Shown here: positions 28,265 through 37,589 of the stretch, in pieces
Numbering within the stretch: position 1 is the stretch's first letter
How the letters are laid out: every line of letters starts with the position of its first letter
Assembly (NCBI GenBank): GCA_016204975.1
Contig: JACQJP010000055.1
Span: forward strand, 2,098-66,097
Source of the DNA: Elusimicrobiota bacterium
GTDB lineage: Bacteria > Elusimicrobiota > Elusimicrobia > JACQJP01
Reading direction: 5' to 3'
Length of the DNA: 64,000 bases
Translations under genes and position numbers: made by a program
Notes under the pieces: generated by a model
The model's database searches: none
What the model saw: the letters and a program-made list of their open reading frames with translations, nothing else
Told to the model about the DNA's origin: nothing

Positions 28265-29238
28265 CGGTCGTCGTCTCCGGGGCCCGGCCGACCGGCAGGC
28301 AGCACCTGGGCAACTACTGGGGAGCCCTCAAAAACTGGGTGGAGCTGCAGGAAAACTTCCAGTGCTACTTCTTCATCGCGGATTGGCATTCCCTGACCAC
28401 CGGCTATGAACAAACCGCCGCACTCCAAGAGGACATTCGGGAGATGTTCCTGGATTGGCTGGCGGTGGGGCTGGACCCGGAAAAAAGCACCCTGTTTCTT
28501 CAGTCCCGCATCCCGGAGCATGCCGAGCTGGCGCTGCTTTTAGGCATGACCGTGCCCTTGGGTTGGCTGGAGAGAAACCCCACCTATAAAGAGCAACTCC
28601 GGGAGTTGAGTGGACGGGAAATAAAAACCTATGGTTTTTTAGGCTATCCAGTCCTGCAGGCGGCAGACATCTTCCTTTATAAAGCCGAAAAGGTGCCTGT
28701 GGGGGAGGACCAACTGCCCCATCTGGAACTGGCTCGCGAGATGGCCCGGCGCTTTGCCCATCTCTACCGCCCCGTCTTTCCGGAGCCGGAGGCCCTGCTG
28801 ACGCCCACCCCCAAGGTACCGGGCACAGATGCCCGAAAGATGTCTAAGTCCTATGGAAACGCCATCGAGCTGGCGGAGGAAGAAAAGACTCTTTCCGATA
28901 AAATCCTGCAGATGTACACCGATCCAAAAAAAATCAGGGCTAAAGATAAGGGGCACCCCGAGGGGTGTGTCGTCTTTGCCTTCCATAAATTGTATAGTGA
29001 CTACTGGAAAAGGCGCGAAAGCGAGTGCCGCAACGGCGAGATCGGCTGCGTGGCCTGCAAAGGGGACCTGACCCGCTCGATCGAGCCCGCCCTCCGGCTC
29101 GTCCGTGAAAAAAGGCGGGAGCTGTCCGGTCGGCGAAACCAGCTGGAGGAGCTTCTGGAGCAGGGCTGCCAAAAGGCCCGCCGGGTCGCCCGGCAAACCC
29201 TGGAAGAAGTCAAAGAGGCCATGAAGCTAAGTTACTGA
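28261..29238 (+). CDS. trpS: tryptophan--tRNA ligase
   Basis: MTVVVSGARPTGRQHLGNYWGA HIGH-type motif and KMSKS. The ATG overlaps the upstream TGA (ATGA). Confidence 0.85.
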   Translation: MTVVVSGARPTGRQHLGNYWGALKNWVELQENFQCYFFIADWHSLTTGYEQTAALQEDIREMFLDWLAVGLDPEKSTLFLQSRIPEHAELALLLGMTVPLGWLERNPTYKEQLRELSGREIKTYGFLGYPVLQAADIFLYKAEKVPVGEDQLPHLELAREMARRFAHLYRPVFPEPEALLTPTPKVPGTDARKMSKSYGNAIELAEEEKTLSDKILQMYTDPKKIRAKDKGHPEGCVVFAFHKLYSDYWKRRESECRNGEIGCVACKGDLTRSIEPALRLVREKRRELSGRRNQLEELLEQGCQKARRVARQTLEEVKEAMKLSY

Positions 29239-29252
29239 GCCACGCAAAAATA

Positions 29253-29960
29253 ATGGTAGATATCCACCTGGAAATCTTTGAAGGCCCCCTGGATCTCCTC
29301 CTGCACCTCATCAAGAAAAACGACCTCAATATCTACGACATCCCCATCTCCCAAATCACACAGGAATACCTGGAGTACCTGGAACTGATGAAGGATTTAA
29401 ACCTGGAGGTGGCGGGAGACTTTCTGGTCATGGCCTCCACCCTCCTGCAGATCAAGGCCAAGATGCTGCTCCCCACGCCTCCCAGCGAAGAGGAGGAAGG
29501 GCCCGATCCCCGCCAGGAGCTGGTGGAGAGGCTCTTGGAGTACCAAAAATACAAGCAGGCCGCCCATTTTCTCCAAGGCCGATACGAGCAATTCAAGGAC
29601 ATTCATTATCGTGAGACCCCGCGCTTCAAAGACGAGGAGAAGGTGCTCGCCGTAAACCTCTTTGAGTTGTTGGAAGCCCTCAAGGAGGCTTTGGAGAACG
29701 CCCAGCGCGTCCCCCAGGAGATCGCCGGGGAGGAATTCCCCATTGAGGAGAAAGTCCAAAAAATCCTATTTTTGTTGGACAAGGCCCCCCTGATCACCCT
29801 CCGGGAAATCTTCCGGGGAGAATACAAGAGACTGGGGGTGATTGCCTGCTTCCTGGCCCTGCTGGAGCTGGTCAAAACGGGAAAAATCTTCTGCCGTCAA
29901 AAAGAGCTCTTTGGAGAGGTGCAGATCTTTAAGAAGGAAACCGCCCTGGCTTCGGCCTAA
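29253..29960 (+). CDS. scpA: segregation and condensation protein A
   Basis: MVDIHLEIFEGPLDLLLHLIKKNDLNIYDIPISQITQEYLEY. Confidence 0.85.
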   Translation: MVDIHLEIFEGPLDLLLHLIKKNDLNIYDIPISQITQEYLEYLELMKDLNLEVAGDFLVMASTLLQIKAKMLLPTPPSEEEEGPDPRQELVERLLEYQKYKQAAHFLQGRYEQFKDIHYRETPRFKDEEKVLAVNLFELLEALKEALENAQRVPQEIAGEEFPIEEKVQKILFLLDKAPLITLREIFRGEYKRLGVIACFLALLELVKTGKIFCRQKELFGEVQIFKKETALASA

Positions 29961-29963
29961 ACC

Positions 29964-30560
29964 ATGCCGCAACTTCCATCCAAAAAAGACATCCTGGAAA
30001 CCCTCCTCTTCATTACCGACCGCCCGGTAGCTCTTGCGGAGTTGGCCCACATTCTCCAGGAAGAGCAGCCTGTGGCCCGCACCCTGATCCAGGACTTAAG
30101 GCGCGAATATGCCCAGAGAAAATCCCCCATCCAGATATTGGAGGTGGCGGGGGGATTTCAGATGGCCACCCGGCCGGAATATGTCCCGCAGATCCGGCAG
30201 CTCTACCAGGAAAAGATGACGACCCGGCTGACCACGGCGGGACTGGAGACCCTCTCCATCATCACCTATCGGCAACCCATCACCCGAGCGGAGATCGAGC
30301 AGGTCCGGGGGGTGGAGGTGATTGCCTCTCTGGAAACCCTGCTGGAAAAACGCCTGATTGCAGTCGTGGGCAGGAAGGAAACCATCGGCAGGCCGCTCCT
30401 CTACGGCACGACGGAGGAGTTCTTAAAACGCTTCGGGCTCAACGCCTTGAAGGACCTGCCGCCCTTCGAGAAGTTTCTCCCGCAAAAAGAGCAAACCGCC
30501 GCCCCCGCCGTATCAGAACCTACGGTCCCGGTGACCCCCGCCGACCCACCAAACTCCTAA
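29964..30560 (+). CDS. scpB: segregation and condensation protein B
   Basis: ILETLLFITDRPVALAELAHIL winged-helix ScpB signature, immediately after scpA. Confidence 0.8.
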   Translation: MPQLPSKKDILETLLFITDRPVALAELAHILQEEQPVARTLIQDLRREYAQRKSPIQILEVAGGFQMATRPEYVPQIRQLYQEKMTTRLTTAGLETLSIITYRQPITRAEIEQVRGVEVIASLETLLEKRLIAVVGRKETIGRPLLYGTTEEFLKRFGLNALKDLPPFEKFLPQKEQTAAPAVSEPTVPVTPADPPNS

Positions 30561-31864
30561 GGAGAAAAAACCTGAGGTTGGCCGGTGCGGAAGGCGCCGG
30601 CCTTGAGCTTTTCCCGGCTCAAATCATAAAAGCGATCCAGCAGCCCGACCTCGGCGAGAATTCCCATTCCTCTCAGAAAATTCCCGCTCCCCGGTGGAGC
30701 GCCCTCTTTTCGGCCTCCGTCATGGTAGTCCGCGCCCGGCGTATAGGTCAGTCCCTTGCCCTGCGCCATGCGAATCAAATGCGCAAAAATCCAACCCACC
30801 CTGGCATCCTTCCGGAAATAGCTGAAACGAAGCGCCTCCAGGGCGGTGAGAAAATCCTTGGCGTATTGGTCCAGAAACTCTCCCAGCCTGGGGATTCCAA
30901 AGGGATGGGCGATGGAAATGCCTCCGCCGGCCTCCAGGATGGCCTCCGCGCCTTCCCGGAAGGAGATGGGTTGCAAAGAAACGTAAGCCGGATTCTTGCT
31001 CCCATCAGGCAACGTCGGCTCCAAATAGCGGTCAAAGGCCTGTCGGGTGTCTTTGGCGTATTTTCCTTTCTTCAGCTTGACGATGGCCCGAGCCACGATG
31101 GGATCGCCCCCCGTTCCCTGCTCCCCCTGGGGCATCTCCTTGAGGACCTGTCGCAAGGTGATGGGGAGCGGCTCCGGCACCGCCAGCTTGGAGAGCTTCT
31201 CCACCTGCTCCTCCATGCGCGACATACGCCTTCGGCGATTTTCGTTAACCCTCCGGATCAAGAGCTTGTTTTTGGGATCAATGAACATTCCCAAAAGGTG
31301 CATGGCTCGACGATACTTCTTGGAAGGGGCGGAAACGCTCAACTCCACTCCCGGAATAACGATCATGCCGGGAAATTTTGCGCCCACCTCCTTGCGAATT
31401 TTTTCCACCACCTGCTCGGCCAGGGGAATCCCGCTTAAATTTTCATGGTCCGAGATGGTCAGGGCCTGAAGCCATTTGGAAAATGCCAGCCGGACCACCT
31501 CCTCAGCGGTGTCCTCGCCGTCCGAAAAATTGGTGTGCAGATGCCCATCCCAGTAGAAGCTCCGGCCCTCGGGATTGACCCGGATGCGAACCTTGCCGAG
31601 GTTGCCGACCAGCACCTCCCTCTCCTCCCACTGTCCCACATCCTCGCCTCGAATGGCCTGACGCTCCAGAGCGGCGGGGAATTCCGAAACAGGCGCCTCC
31701 CCCAACCGGTCCAGCCCAAAATCCCTCGCCGGAACACCGATGGAGCCGCTGGGGGCATAAATCCCAGGGCCTTTCCACGGCCTCGCCCTTCCGCGCTGGC
31801 CCCATCCACCGGCAGGAAGGCAAAGAGTCAGTAAGAAAAACAAAATCAGACGCTTCGGTGCCAT
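30557..31864 (-). CDS. secreted PHP-domain (polymerase/histidinol-phosphatase-like) phosphoesterase
   Basis: DGHLHTNFSDGEDT ... ISDHEN PHP metal-binding motifs. Start trimmed to the ATG at 31864 (MAPKRLILFFLLTL, signal peptide). Confidence 0.6.
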   Translation of the reverse strand: MAPKRLILFFLLTLCLPAGGWGQRGRARPWKGPGIYAPSGSIGVPARDFGLDRLGEAPVSEFPAALERQAIRGEDVGQWEEREVLVGNLGKVRIRVNPEGRSFYWDGHLHTNFSDGEDTAEEVVRLAFSKWLQALTISDHENLSGIPLAEQVVEKIRKEVGAKFPGMIVIPGVELSVSAPSKKYRRAMHLLGMFIDPKNKLLIRRVNENRRRRMSRMEEQVEKLSKLAVPEPLPITLRQVLKEMPQGEQGTGGDPIVARAIVKLKKGKYAKDTRQAFDRYLEPTLPDGSKNPAYVSLQPISFREGAEAILEAGGGISIAHPFGIPRLGEFLDQYAKDFLTALEALRFSYFRKDARVGWIFAHLIRMAQGKGLTYTPGADYHDGGRKEGAPPGSGNFLRGMGILAEVGLLDRFYDLSREKLKAGAFRTGQPQVFSP

Positions 31865-31973
31865 TCCCCTGATTGTAGGAGAAACCCACCCGGGGACACA
31901 TGAGCCCTTTGGGCCTTTGGGGGAGGGCAAAAGACCCACCCCAAAATGGGTCCAAAGTCCCAGGTCAGTAAGT

Positions 31974-32000
31974 CCCCAATTCCATTTTGCCAAAGCCCGC
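31974..32000. repeat. degenerate MITE-terminus remnant upstream of glgA
   Basis: ccccaattccattttgccaaagcccgc versus the consensus cccccaattccattttgcaaaagtcc. Confidence 0.25.
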
Positions 32001-32024
32001 AATAAATATACAATTCCAAAAACA

Positions 32025-33488
32025 ATGAAAATCGCCCTGGCGGCCAGCGAGGCGGTGCCCTACGCCAAAACAGGGGGGCTGGCGGATGTGGTGGGCGCCC
32101 TGGCCAAGCTCCTGCCCCAAAACAACTGCCAAACCCTCCTCTTTCTACCCAAGTACAAATCCATCGAGGAGCAGCGATGGAAGCTCCGGCGCCTACCGGG
32201 GAGCCTCGCCGTTCCCGTCGGCTCCCGGCAGGAACCGGCCACCCTGTTTCGGAAAGATCAGGGAAGGCTGAAGGTCTATTTCATCGCCCACCCCCGCTAC
32301 TTCGAGCGCGAGGGACTCTATACTGCGCCCCAAGGAGATTATCCGGACAACGACGAGCGCTTTCTCTTCTTCAGCCGGGCCGTGCTGGAGAGTCTGAAAA
32401 AATTGGGATGGCAGCCGGACATCCTGCACTGCCACGACTGGCAGACCGCCCTGATCTGCGCTTATCTTGAGACCCTTTACCGCGAGGATCCCTTCTTCCG
32501 CCGGACCGGCACCCTGCTCAGCCTTCACAACCTCGCCTACCAAGGTCTTTTTCCCAAAGAGTCTTTGCTGAAGGCGGGATTTGGATGGGGGGAATTCACC
32601 CCGGAGAAATTTGAATTCTACGGGTGCATGAGCTTCTTAAAAGCGGGGATCGTCTCGGCGGACCTGTTGACCACCGTCAGCCCCACCTACGCCCGGGAGA
32701 TCCAATCGGACCCCGAAAAGGGCAAGGGGTTGGAAGGGGTGCTCCAAAAAAGATCGCAAGACCTGACCGGCATACTCAACGGTTTGGACATCCAGCTTTG
32801 GACCCCCTCCAAAGACCCCCACCTGAGCTGCCGCTACTCCGCTTCCACAGTCCTCAAGAAAAAGCCCCTCTGCAAGGAGTTTCTACAGAAAAGATGCGGC
32901 TGGACCCCGTCCCCCACAACCCCTCTTCTGGGAATCGTCTCCCGATTGGACCCCCAAAAAGGAATTGACCTGGCCTGCGAGGTGCTCCTGCCTTACCTCA
33001 AAGAAAAGAGTCTTCGGACCGTCCTGCTGGGCTGTGGGGATTGCGCCCTCCAGGAAACCCTTCGGGAGCTGGCCCGGCGGCATCCGGAGCAGATATTCGT
33101 CTCCAATGACTTCGACGAACCCCTGGCCCACCAGATCTACGCCGGATGCGACTTCTTCCTGATGCCCTCGCGCTTTGAGCCCTGCGGCCTGGGACAGATG
33201 ATCGCCATGCGCTATGGAACCCCGCCCATCGTGGTCCGGACGGGGGGCCTGGCGGACACCCTCCGGGATCCAAAATCCCACCCGGAACAGGCCACGGGCT
33301 TTCTGGCGGAAGCTCCCACCTCAAGCGCCGTCCAAGAGGCTTTGGAACGAGCGCTCCAAACCTGGCGCCAACCCGAACAATACCGCCGGATGGTCCACAA
33401 CGCCATCCGGCAGGACTTCTCCTGGAAAAAGTCCATCCCCCTCTATCTGGAAACTTACCAAAGAGCTCTTTTCAAGAAGTCGAAGTGA
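32025..33488 (+). CDS. glgA: glycogen synthase (ADP-glucose type)
   Basis: MKIALAASEAVPYAKTGGLADVVGALAKLLP N-terminal signature and a GT1/GT5 C-terminal domain. Confidence 0.85.
   Translation: MKIALAASEAVPYAKTGGLADVVGALAKLLPQNNCQTLLFLPKYKSIEEQRWKLRRLPGSLAVPVGSRQEPATLFRKDQGRLKVYFIAHPRYFEREGLYTAPQGDYPDNDERFLFFSRAVLESLKKLGWQPDILHCHDWQTALICAYLETLYREDPFFRRTGTLLSLHNLAYQGLFPKESLLKAGFGWGEFTPEKFEFYGCMSFLKAGIVSADLLTTVSPTYAREIQSDPEKGKGLEGVLQKRSQDLTGILNGLDIQLWTPSKDPHLSCRYSASTVLKKKPLCKEFLQKRCGWTPSPTTPLLGIVSRLDPQKGIDLACEVLLPYLKEKSLRTVLLGCGDCALQETLRELARRHPEQIFVSNDFDEPLAHQIYAGCDFFLMPSRFEPCGLGQMIAMRYGTPPIVVRTGGLADTLRDPKSHPEQATGFLAEAPTSSAVQEALERALQTWRQPEQYRRMVHNAIRQDFSWKKSIPLYLETYQRALFKKSK
33423..33482. repeat. 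left direct repeat (glgA 3' end) of the island
   Basis: tggaaaaagtccatccccctctatctggaaacttaccaaagagctcttttcaagaagtc is repeated at 35530-35588 with 2 mismatches. Confidence 0.7.
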
Positions 33489-33694
33489 CTCAAGCTGCAG
33501 CAGAAGTCCCAAAGTAGCCGGCCACTCACTGCTGAAGTAGGCCCTCTGGCCTCTATTCCTAGGACTTTCGTCCTACCTCAAAAGTAGGTCCTTTTTCTTA
33601 AATTTTTTTCCCTTTTGGCCTATGGAAAACTAAATGGGCTGTGATAAAATTCCGATCGTTGTAGAAAGTGACACAAGCAGGAGGAACAGCCAAA

Positions 33695-34741
33695 ATGAAA
33701 AACTGGATTGTTGCATTTGCACTCCTTCTAAGCTTCGAGCCCACATGGAGCCAAACAACTACTCAAGATTCCACAAGCGACTTTTCTAAAATTCTGTCTA
33801 CTCCCAAAGCCAGAACTGTGGTTGAGACGTTCTTTGAGCAAGATCCAATACTGGCTCAAAGCCCATACGTAGGCAGTACCTATTTGCATCATTTGGGTGT
33901 ATTCCGCTGGCTTTTGACTATGAGCTCCGAGGAACTAGCGACTCAGCTGAGGATTGATAAGGAAGAAGCTGAGCAAGTTCAATCTAGAGCTAGAATAGTG
34001 TACAACACATTAGAGATTGCCTCAGCACAAGGAGCGGTAAGCGACGTAGCAACCAATCTGCTAGCAGAAATCAATATCAATTCGGCTCATATTGAGAGCT
34101 CACCTTCCCAAAGGCAGGGGGTAGAAGAAGAAGGTGGAAAACAGTCCGGAGGTTTCTCTTGGATTGAGAGGACGAACCTCAAACAGAGCGGCATTGCTTC
34201 TACGGGGGTGATGGTTCTGATTGGCGGGGGCGAGGGCATCGTCCCAGAGCCTTTCCGGCAAGACATCCGCTGCTGTAATGTGGGTTCTAACGGTCGGTAC
34301 ACGCTGAAGGGGGGCGGCGCCCATGTCCTTTTCGGTGTGCCATTCAACTCCTGGTCTGAGGGGCGCTTGTCCGTAGGGGCCTTCTTGAACGACAGCCCCA
34401 TTCAGAGTTGGCTAGCCTCTTCGAATCTAGAGGATTATGATCAAGATTCAGCTGTGATTCTGAATCTTGAGGCATTGGTCAAGCCGGTGAGGTTTTTTCA
34501 ACTTATGGCTCCCTATGTGGGAGGAGGCCTGGGATTTGCGACAGATGGGCTATGGTTTCCTGTTACAGTTGGGGTGGATTTCAAATTGAGCAGGTCCCTG
34601 AACCTTCTTGTCGAGCATAAGAGATTCCTTCCTGGACTGGGCCGGGCTTTGGATCAAACGAATAAGATTCCAAGCACTTGGGTTCGTTCCCTCCAAGCAT
34701 ATGCTGTGGGCTTGGTTTATACATTTCGGGATAAGGAATAG
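33695..34741 (+). CDS. hypothetical secreted / outer-membrane-like protein (island cargo)
   Basis: AGGAGG RBS, ATG at 33695, signal peptide MKNWIVAFALLLSFEPTWSQ. Low GC. No recognizable domain. Confidence 0.45.
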   Translation: MKNWIVAFALLLSFEPTWSQTTTQDSTSDFSKILSTPKARTVVETFFEQDPILAQSPYVGSTYLHHLGVFRWLLTMSSEELATQLRIDKEEAEQVQSRARIVYNTLEIASAQGAVSDVATNLLAEININSAHIESSPSQRQGVEEEGGKQSGGFSWIERTNLKQSGIASTGVMVLIGGGEGIVPEPFRQDIRCCNVGSNGRYTLKGGGAHVLFGVPFNSWSEGRLSVGAFLNDSPIQSWLASSNLEDYDQDSAVILNLEALVKPVRFFQLMAPYVGGGLGFATDGLWFPVTVGVDFKLSRSLNLLVEHKRFLPGLGRALDQTNKIPSTWVRSLQAYAVGLVYTFRDKE

Positions 34742-34866
34742 CGTCTGTAACTTCCCAAGCCTCATTCCATCGTCGCTGGACCCCATAGCTACACTAAATA
34801 AAATCCTTGACAGGAGTGGTTTCTAATGTTAAACTATTGTTGAACAAATAGCCAGGGAGGCTCTTT

Positions 34867-35232
34867 ATGAACGCAGTGACCTTACTCAAAGAAATGGAAA
34901 CCCTTGGAGCGAGGGAGTTCCGGCATAGACTTGATAAGATGCTTAGAAACCCTTCCCGTCCCTGCCGTGTCATGCTCCACAATAAACCCACCTTTGTTGT
35001 TTTGCCCGATGGAGACTTTCTCCAGATTATGGAAGTAATCGAAGAGATTAAAGATTCGGGCCTGTGGAAGAAAACAGTCCAGAAGCTCCAGAAGGAAAGC
35101 AAGAAGAAACACCCCTGGTTCTGGAGCAAGGAATGGCAAAAGAAGGAAAGGGAGGTAGACCAGGAGATCAAGGCTGGCCGGGTCCATCGCTCCAGCTCCG
35201 TTGAAGAATTCCTCAAAGAGCTCAAGGCGTGA
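34867..35232 (+). CDS. Phd/YefM-like type II antitoxin with a C-terminal extension
   Basis: GAREFRHRLDKMLRNPSRPCRVMLHNKPTFVVLPDGDFLQIMEVIEEIKD. Overlaps the downstream toxin gene by 4 nt. Confidence 0.55.
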   Translation: MNAVTLLKEMETLGAREFRHRLDKMLRNPSRPCRVMLHNKPTFVVLPDGDFLQIMEVIEEIKDSGLWKKTVQKLQKESKKKHPWFWSKEWQKKEREVDQEIKAGRVHRSSSVEEFLKELKA

Positions 35233-35489
35233 TTATCAGGTGGACCCATAAGGCCAAGGAGGACTACCAATCCCTTCCTGAGGCCATTCAAGAGAAGGCT
35301 GATAAAGCGTTTCGACTTTGCCAGCGCAATCCCAGGCATCCCTCTCTCCATGTAGAAAAGATCGACCATAAAAGAGACATTTGGTCGGCCCGTATAGATC
35401 TGAATTACCGATTCACTTTCCAATGGGTTCATGGCGGTATCTTCGTCAGGCGGATCGCCTCTCACCAGGAGGCTTACCGAAGGCCTTAG
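35229..35489 (+). CDS. RelE/ParE-superfamily type II toxin
   Basis: 86 aa. The WTHKAKEDYQSLPEAIQEKADKAFRLCQRNP ... DIWSARIDLNYRFTFQWVHGGIFVRRIASHQEAY pattern matches the RelE/ParE fold order. Confidence 0.6.
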   Translation: MIIRWTHKAKEDYQSLPEAIQEKADKAFRLCQRNPRHPSLHVEKIDHKRDIWSARIDLNYRFTFQWVHGGIFVRRIASHQEAYRRP

Positions 35490-35529
35490 GTGGCGCGGGC
35501 TTTGGGTAGGCACCTGTTCGTTGATTTCC

Positions 35530-35588
35530 TGGAAAAAGTCCATCCCCCTCTATCTGGAAACTTACCAAAAAGCTCTTTCCAAGAAGTC
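35530..35588. repeat. right direct repeat of the island (copy of the glgA 3' end)
   Basis: See 33423-33482. Confidence 0.7.
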
Positions 35589-35664
35589 TCGACCTTGAAA
35601 AACCACCAGGCCTCTGTTATACTCACTTCAGAAATTCTCTGTCAAAGAGATTGAGAGGCGCGCG

Positions 35665-37560
35665 ATGCTCCAGAGATTGCTTTGGGAGCGGTGGTCCTAT
35701 TTGGCCTGTCTTTTAGGATGCCTTTTAGGAATCGGGGGGGGGTATCTTTCCCTCACCCATCGCCACGCGCGGCAAGCGGAGCAGGCCTTACGCAAAGAGT
35801 TCCGGGTCCTGGTATTCCTCTCGGACGGCAAAAAGGCCGACCCCTCCTCCTGGCGCCGCCGTCTGGGCGCTTTTCCGGAAATCCGCAGCGCCCGGTACCT
35901 CTCTAAAACAGATGCCCTCCGGGAGATGGAGAGGGCGGACCCCGAAGCGGGGCAGGCCCTGCGCGGGCTGCCGGAAAATCCCCTGTCAGCCTTCTTCTCC
36001 ATTGAGCTTAAGCCCCGGGCTTTTTCCCAGCTTTCTCTGCTGCAAAGGAAACTAGAGGTGCTCCCATTCGTGCAATCCGTTCACGCCCCCCAGGCCCCGG
36101 CCCAAACCATTCTCCAGTTGCAGCGCTACCAGCGCCTGGCGGAGGTGGCCGGCTCCGCGTGCCTGTTTCTGCTTGCCGTCCTGCTGTTTATCTCCTTTTA
36201 TCTGCTCTGGCGGCACAGTCCGGACTCTCCGGAAGCGATACGCCGCGGCCTTCTTTTCTCTTGCCTGTCCCTCTGCTTTGGACTGGCGAGCTGGGAACTG
36301 ATCCAGCTTCTGGCGCCCCCCATCCAGACCCCCTCCCCATTGACTCCAACTGTTTTCCCATCGGGACTGCTTCTGCCGGCCATGAGTTTTGCCGCCTCAG
36401 GATGGATCCTGGCCATCTGGAGTCAGGGAAATGCGAGGGGTGCGCCCCCGGGATTGGCCGGTCTCATGGTTCTCTCCCTCCTGGCCCCGGAAGCCCTCTA
36501 CAGCCAGCCGGGGAAACTGAGCCAAAACCGGGAGGAACTGAGCGCAGTGCAACAAAAGATCCAAAAGAAAAGCGCCAGCCTTCAGAAAACGCAAAAACAG
36601 GAATCGCAGCTGGAGAAGTCCCTGCAGGTACTTCAGGAAGATCTGCAAAGCTCTTTTCAAAACGCGGAGAGGCTGGACGGCCGTATCGCCCGGCTTCAGA
36701 CGCAGCAGGAACGTCTCGAGGAAAAAGAAGAAGTTTTACAACAAACCATCCAGGACCAGAAAAAGCACCTTGGGGAATCCGCCCGGCGATACCAAAAACA
36801 GCCGGACCCCCTGCTTGTTTTCCATCGCACCGCCCTTCTGAGACAAATCTCTGAGTTCCGGGAACTGGAGCAAAAAGAGTCCGGTCTGGCGGACTCCCTG
36901 GAAAAACTGGGTCAAAATGCGCAAGAGCTCCGCCGCCGCCGGCAACAGGCCTTGGGAGAAAACGAGCGAGCCAAAGAACGCTATGCGAAGGCCCAGGAAA
37001 AAATGGATCTCGCCCAGGAGAGAAAACGAAGGCTCTCTCAATCCCTGGCCCAACTCCATCGCTCCGCCCAAAATCTGGAGTTCTTAATCGAGCGCCTCCA
37101 AAAATCCTCCCACAGCCCCCGGCGTCTGGCCTGGAAAAGGCGGGAACTTCCCTGGCCGGTCCGGGGAGATCCCCTGAACCGCTTCGGCAAGCAAAAACAT
37201 CCGGAGCTGGACTCTTGGATTCTTCACAACGGAATCCACGTCCGCACGGACCCCCGTTCCCCCGTCCGGGCGGTGGAGGCGGGCCAGGTCCTCTACCGAG
37301 GGCCCTTCGGATCCTATGGCTCCATCGTCCTGCTCCGCCACGACTCCCAACTTTTCACCATCTACGGCGGCCTCCAGGAGATCCGTGTTCAAGAAAAAGA
37401 GAAGGTGCCGGCGGGGGGTGTTTTGGGGCTGGCAGGCACCGCCCCCACCGGGATCTGGAACCCCCTGCCCAAGGAGCCGGCGGGAATCGTCTATTTTGAA
37501 ATCCGGCAAAACGGAGACCCGGTGGACCCGCTCACCTGGCTAAGGACCCGATCCGACTAA
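35665..37560 (+). CDS. FtsX-like permease fused in frame to an EnvC-like coiled-coil + M23/LytM peptidase domain
   Basis: The N-terminal half has the FtsX periplasmic domain (FRVLVFLSDGKKADP...IRSARYLSKTDALREM...ENPLSAFFSIEL) plus 4 TM helices. A coiled-coil Q/E/K-rich segment follows. The C-terminal LytM region reads HNGIHVRTDPRSPVRAVEAGQVLYRGPFGSYGSIVLLRHDSQLFTIYGGL. The reading frame is continuous at 631 aa. Confidence 0.65.
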   Translation: MLQRLLWERWSYLACLLGCLLGIGGGYLSLTHRHARQAEQALRKEFRVLVFLSDGKKADPSSWRRRLGAFPEIRSARYLSKTDALREMERADPEAGQALRGLPENPLSAFFSIELKPRAFSQLSLLQRKLEVLPFVQSVHAPQAPAQTILQLQRYQRLAEVAGSACLFLLAVLLFISFYLLWRHSPDSPEAIRRGLLFSCLSLCFGLASWELIQLLAPPIQTPSPLTPTVFPSGLLLPAMSFAASGWILAIWSQGNARGAPPGLAGLMVLSLLAPEALYSQPGKLSQNREELSAVQQKIQKKSASLQKTQKQESQLEKSLQVLQEDLQSSFQNAERLDGRIARLQTQQERLEEKEEVLQQTIQDQKKHLGESARRYQKQPDPLLVFHRTALLRQISEFRELEQKESGLADSLEKLGQNAQELRRRRQQALGENERAKERYAKAQEKMDLAQERKRRLSQSLAQLHRSAQNLEFLIERLQKSSHSPRRLAWKRRELPWPVRGDPLNRFGKQKHPELDSWILHNGIHVRTDPRSPVRAVEAGQVLYRGPFGSYGSIVLLRHDSQLFTIYGGLQEIRVQEKEKVPAGGVLGLAGTAPTGIWNPLPKEPAGIVYFEIRQNGDPVDPLTWLRTRSD

Positions 37561-37589
37561 AGGGCCCGATCTTACCAAAGGAGCAACCG

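Larger units (their letters stand above)
33489..35527. mobile_element. about 2-kb low-GC genomic islet inserted at the 3' end of glgA, bounded by roughly 60-bp direct repeats; no integrase retained
   Basis: Sharp GC drop. Direct repeats duplicate the glgA terminus. Cargo is a hypothetical secreted protein plus a TA pair. Confidence 0.5.

Noticed and set aside
34794-35543. 249-aa minus-strand ORF spanning the toxin-antitoxin pair in the low-GC islet
   Set aside because: It begins inside the duplicated glgA-end repeat (MDFFQE..., the same as the antisense ORF 33212..33436) and runs antisense to the TA genes with a Ser/Leu-rich composition. It has no RBS and is most likely not a gene, although in low-GC DNA a long open frame is less expected by chance.
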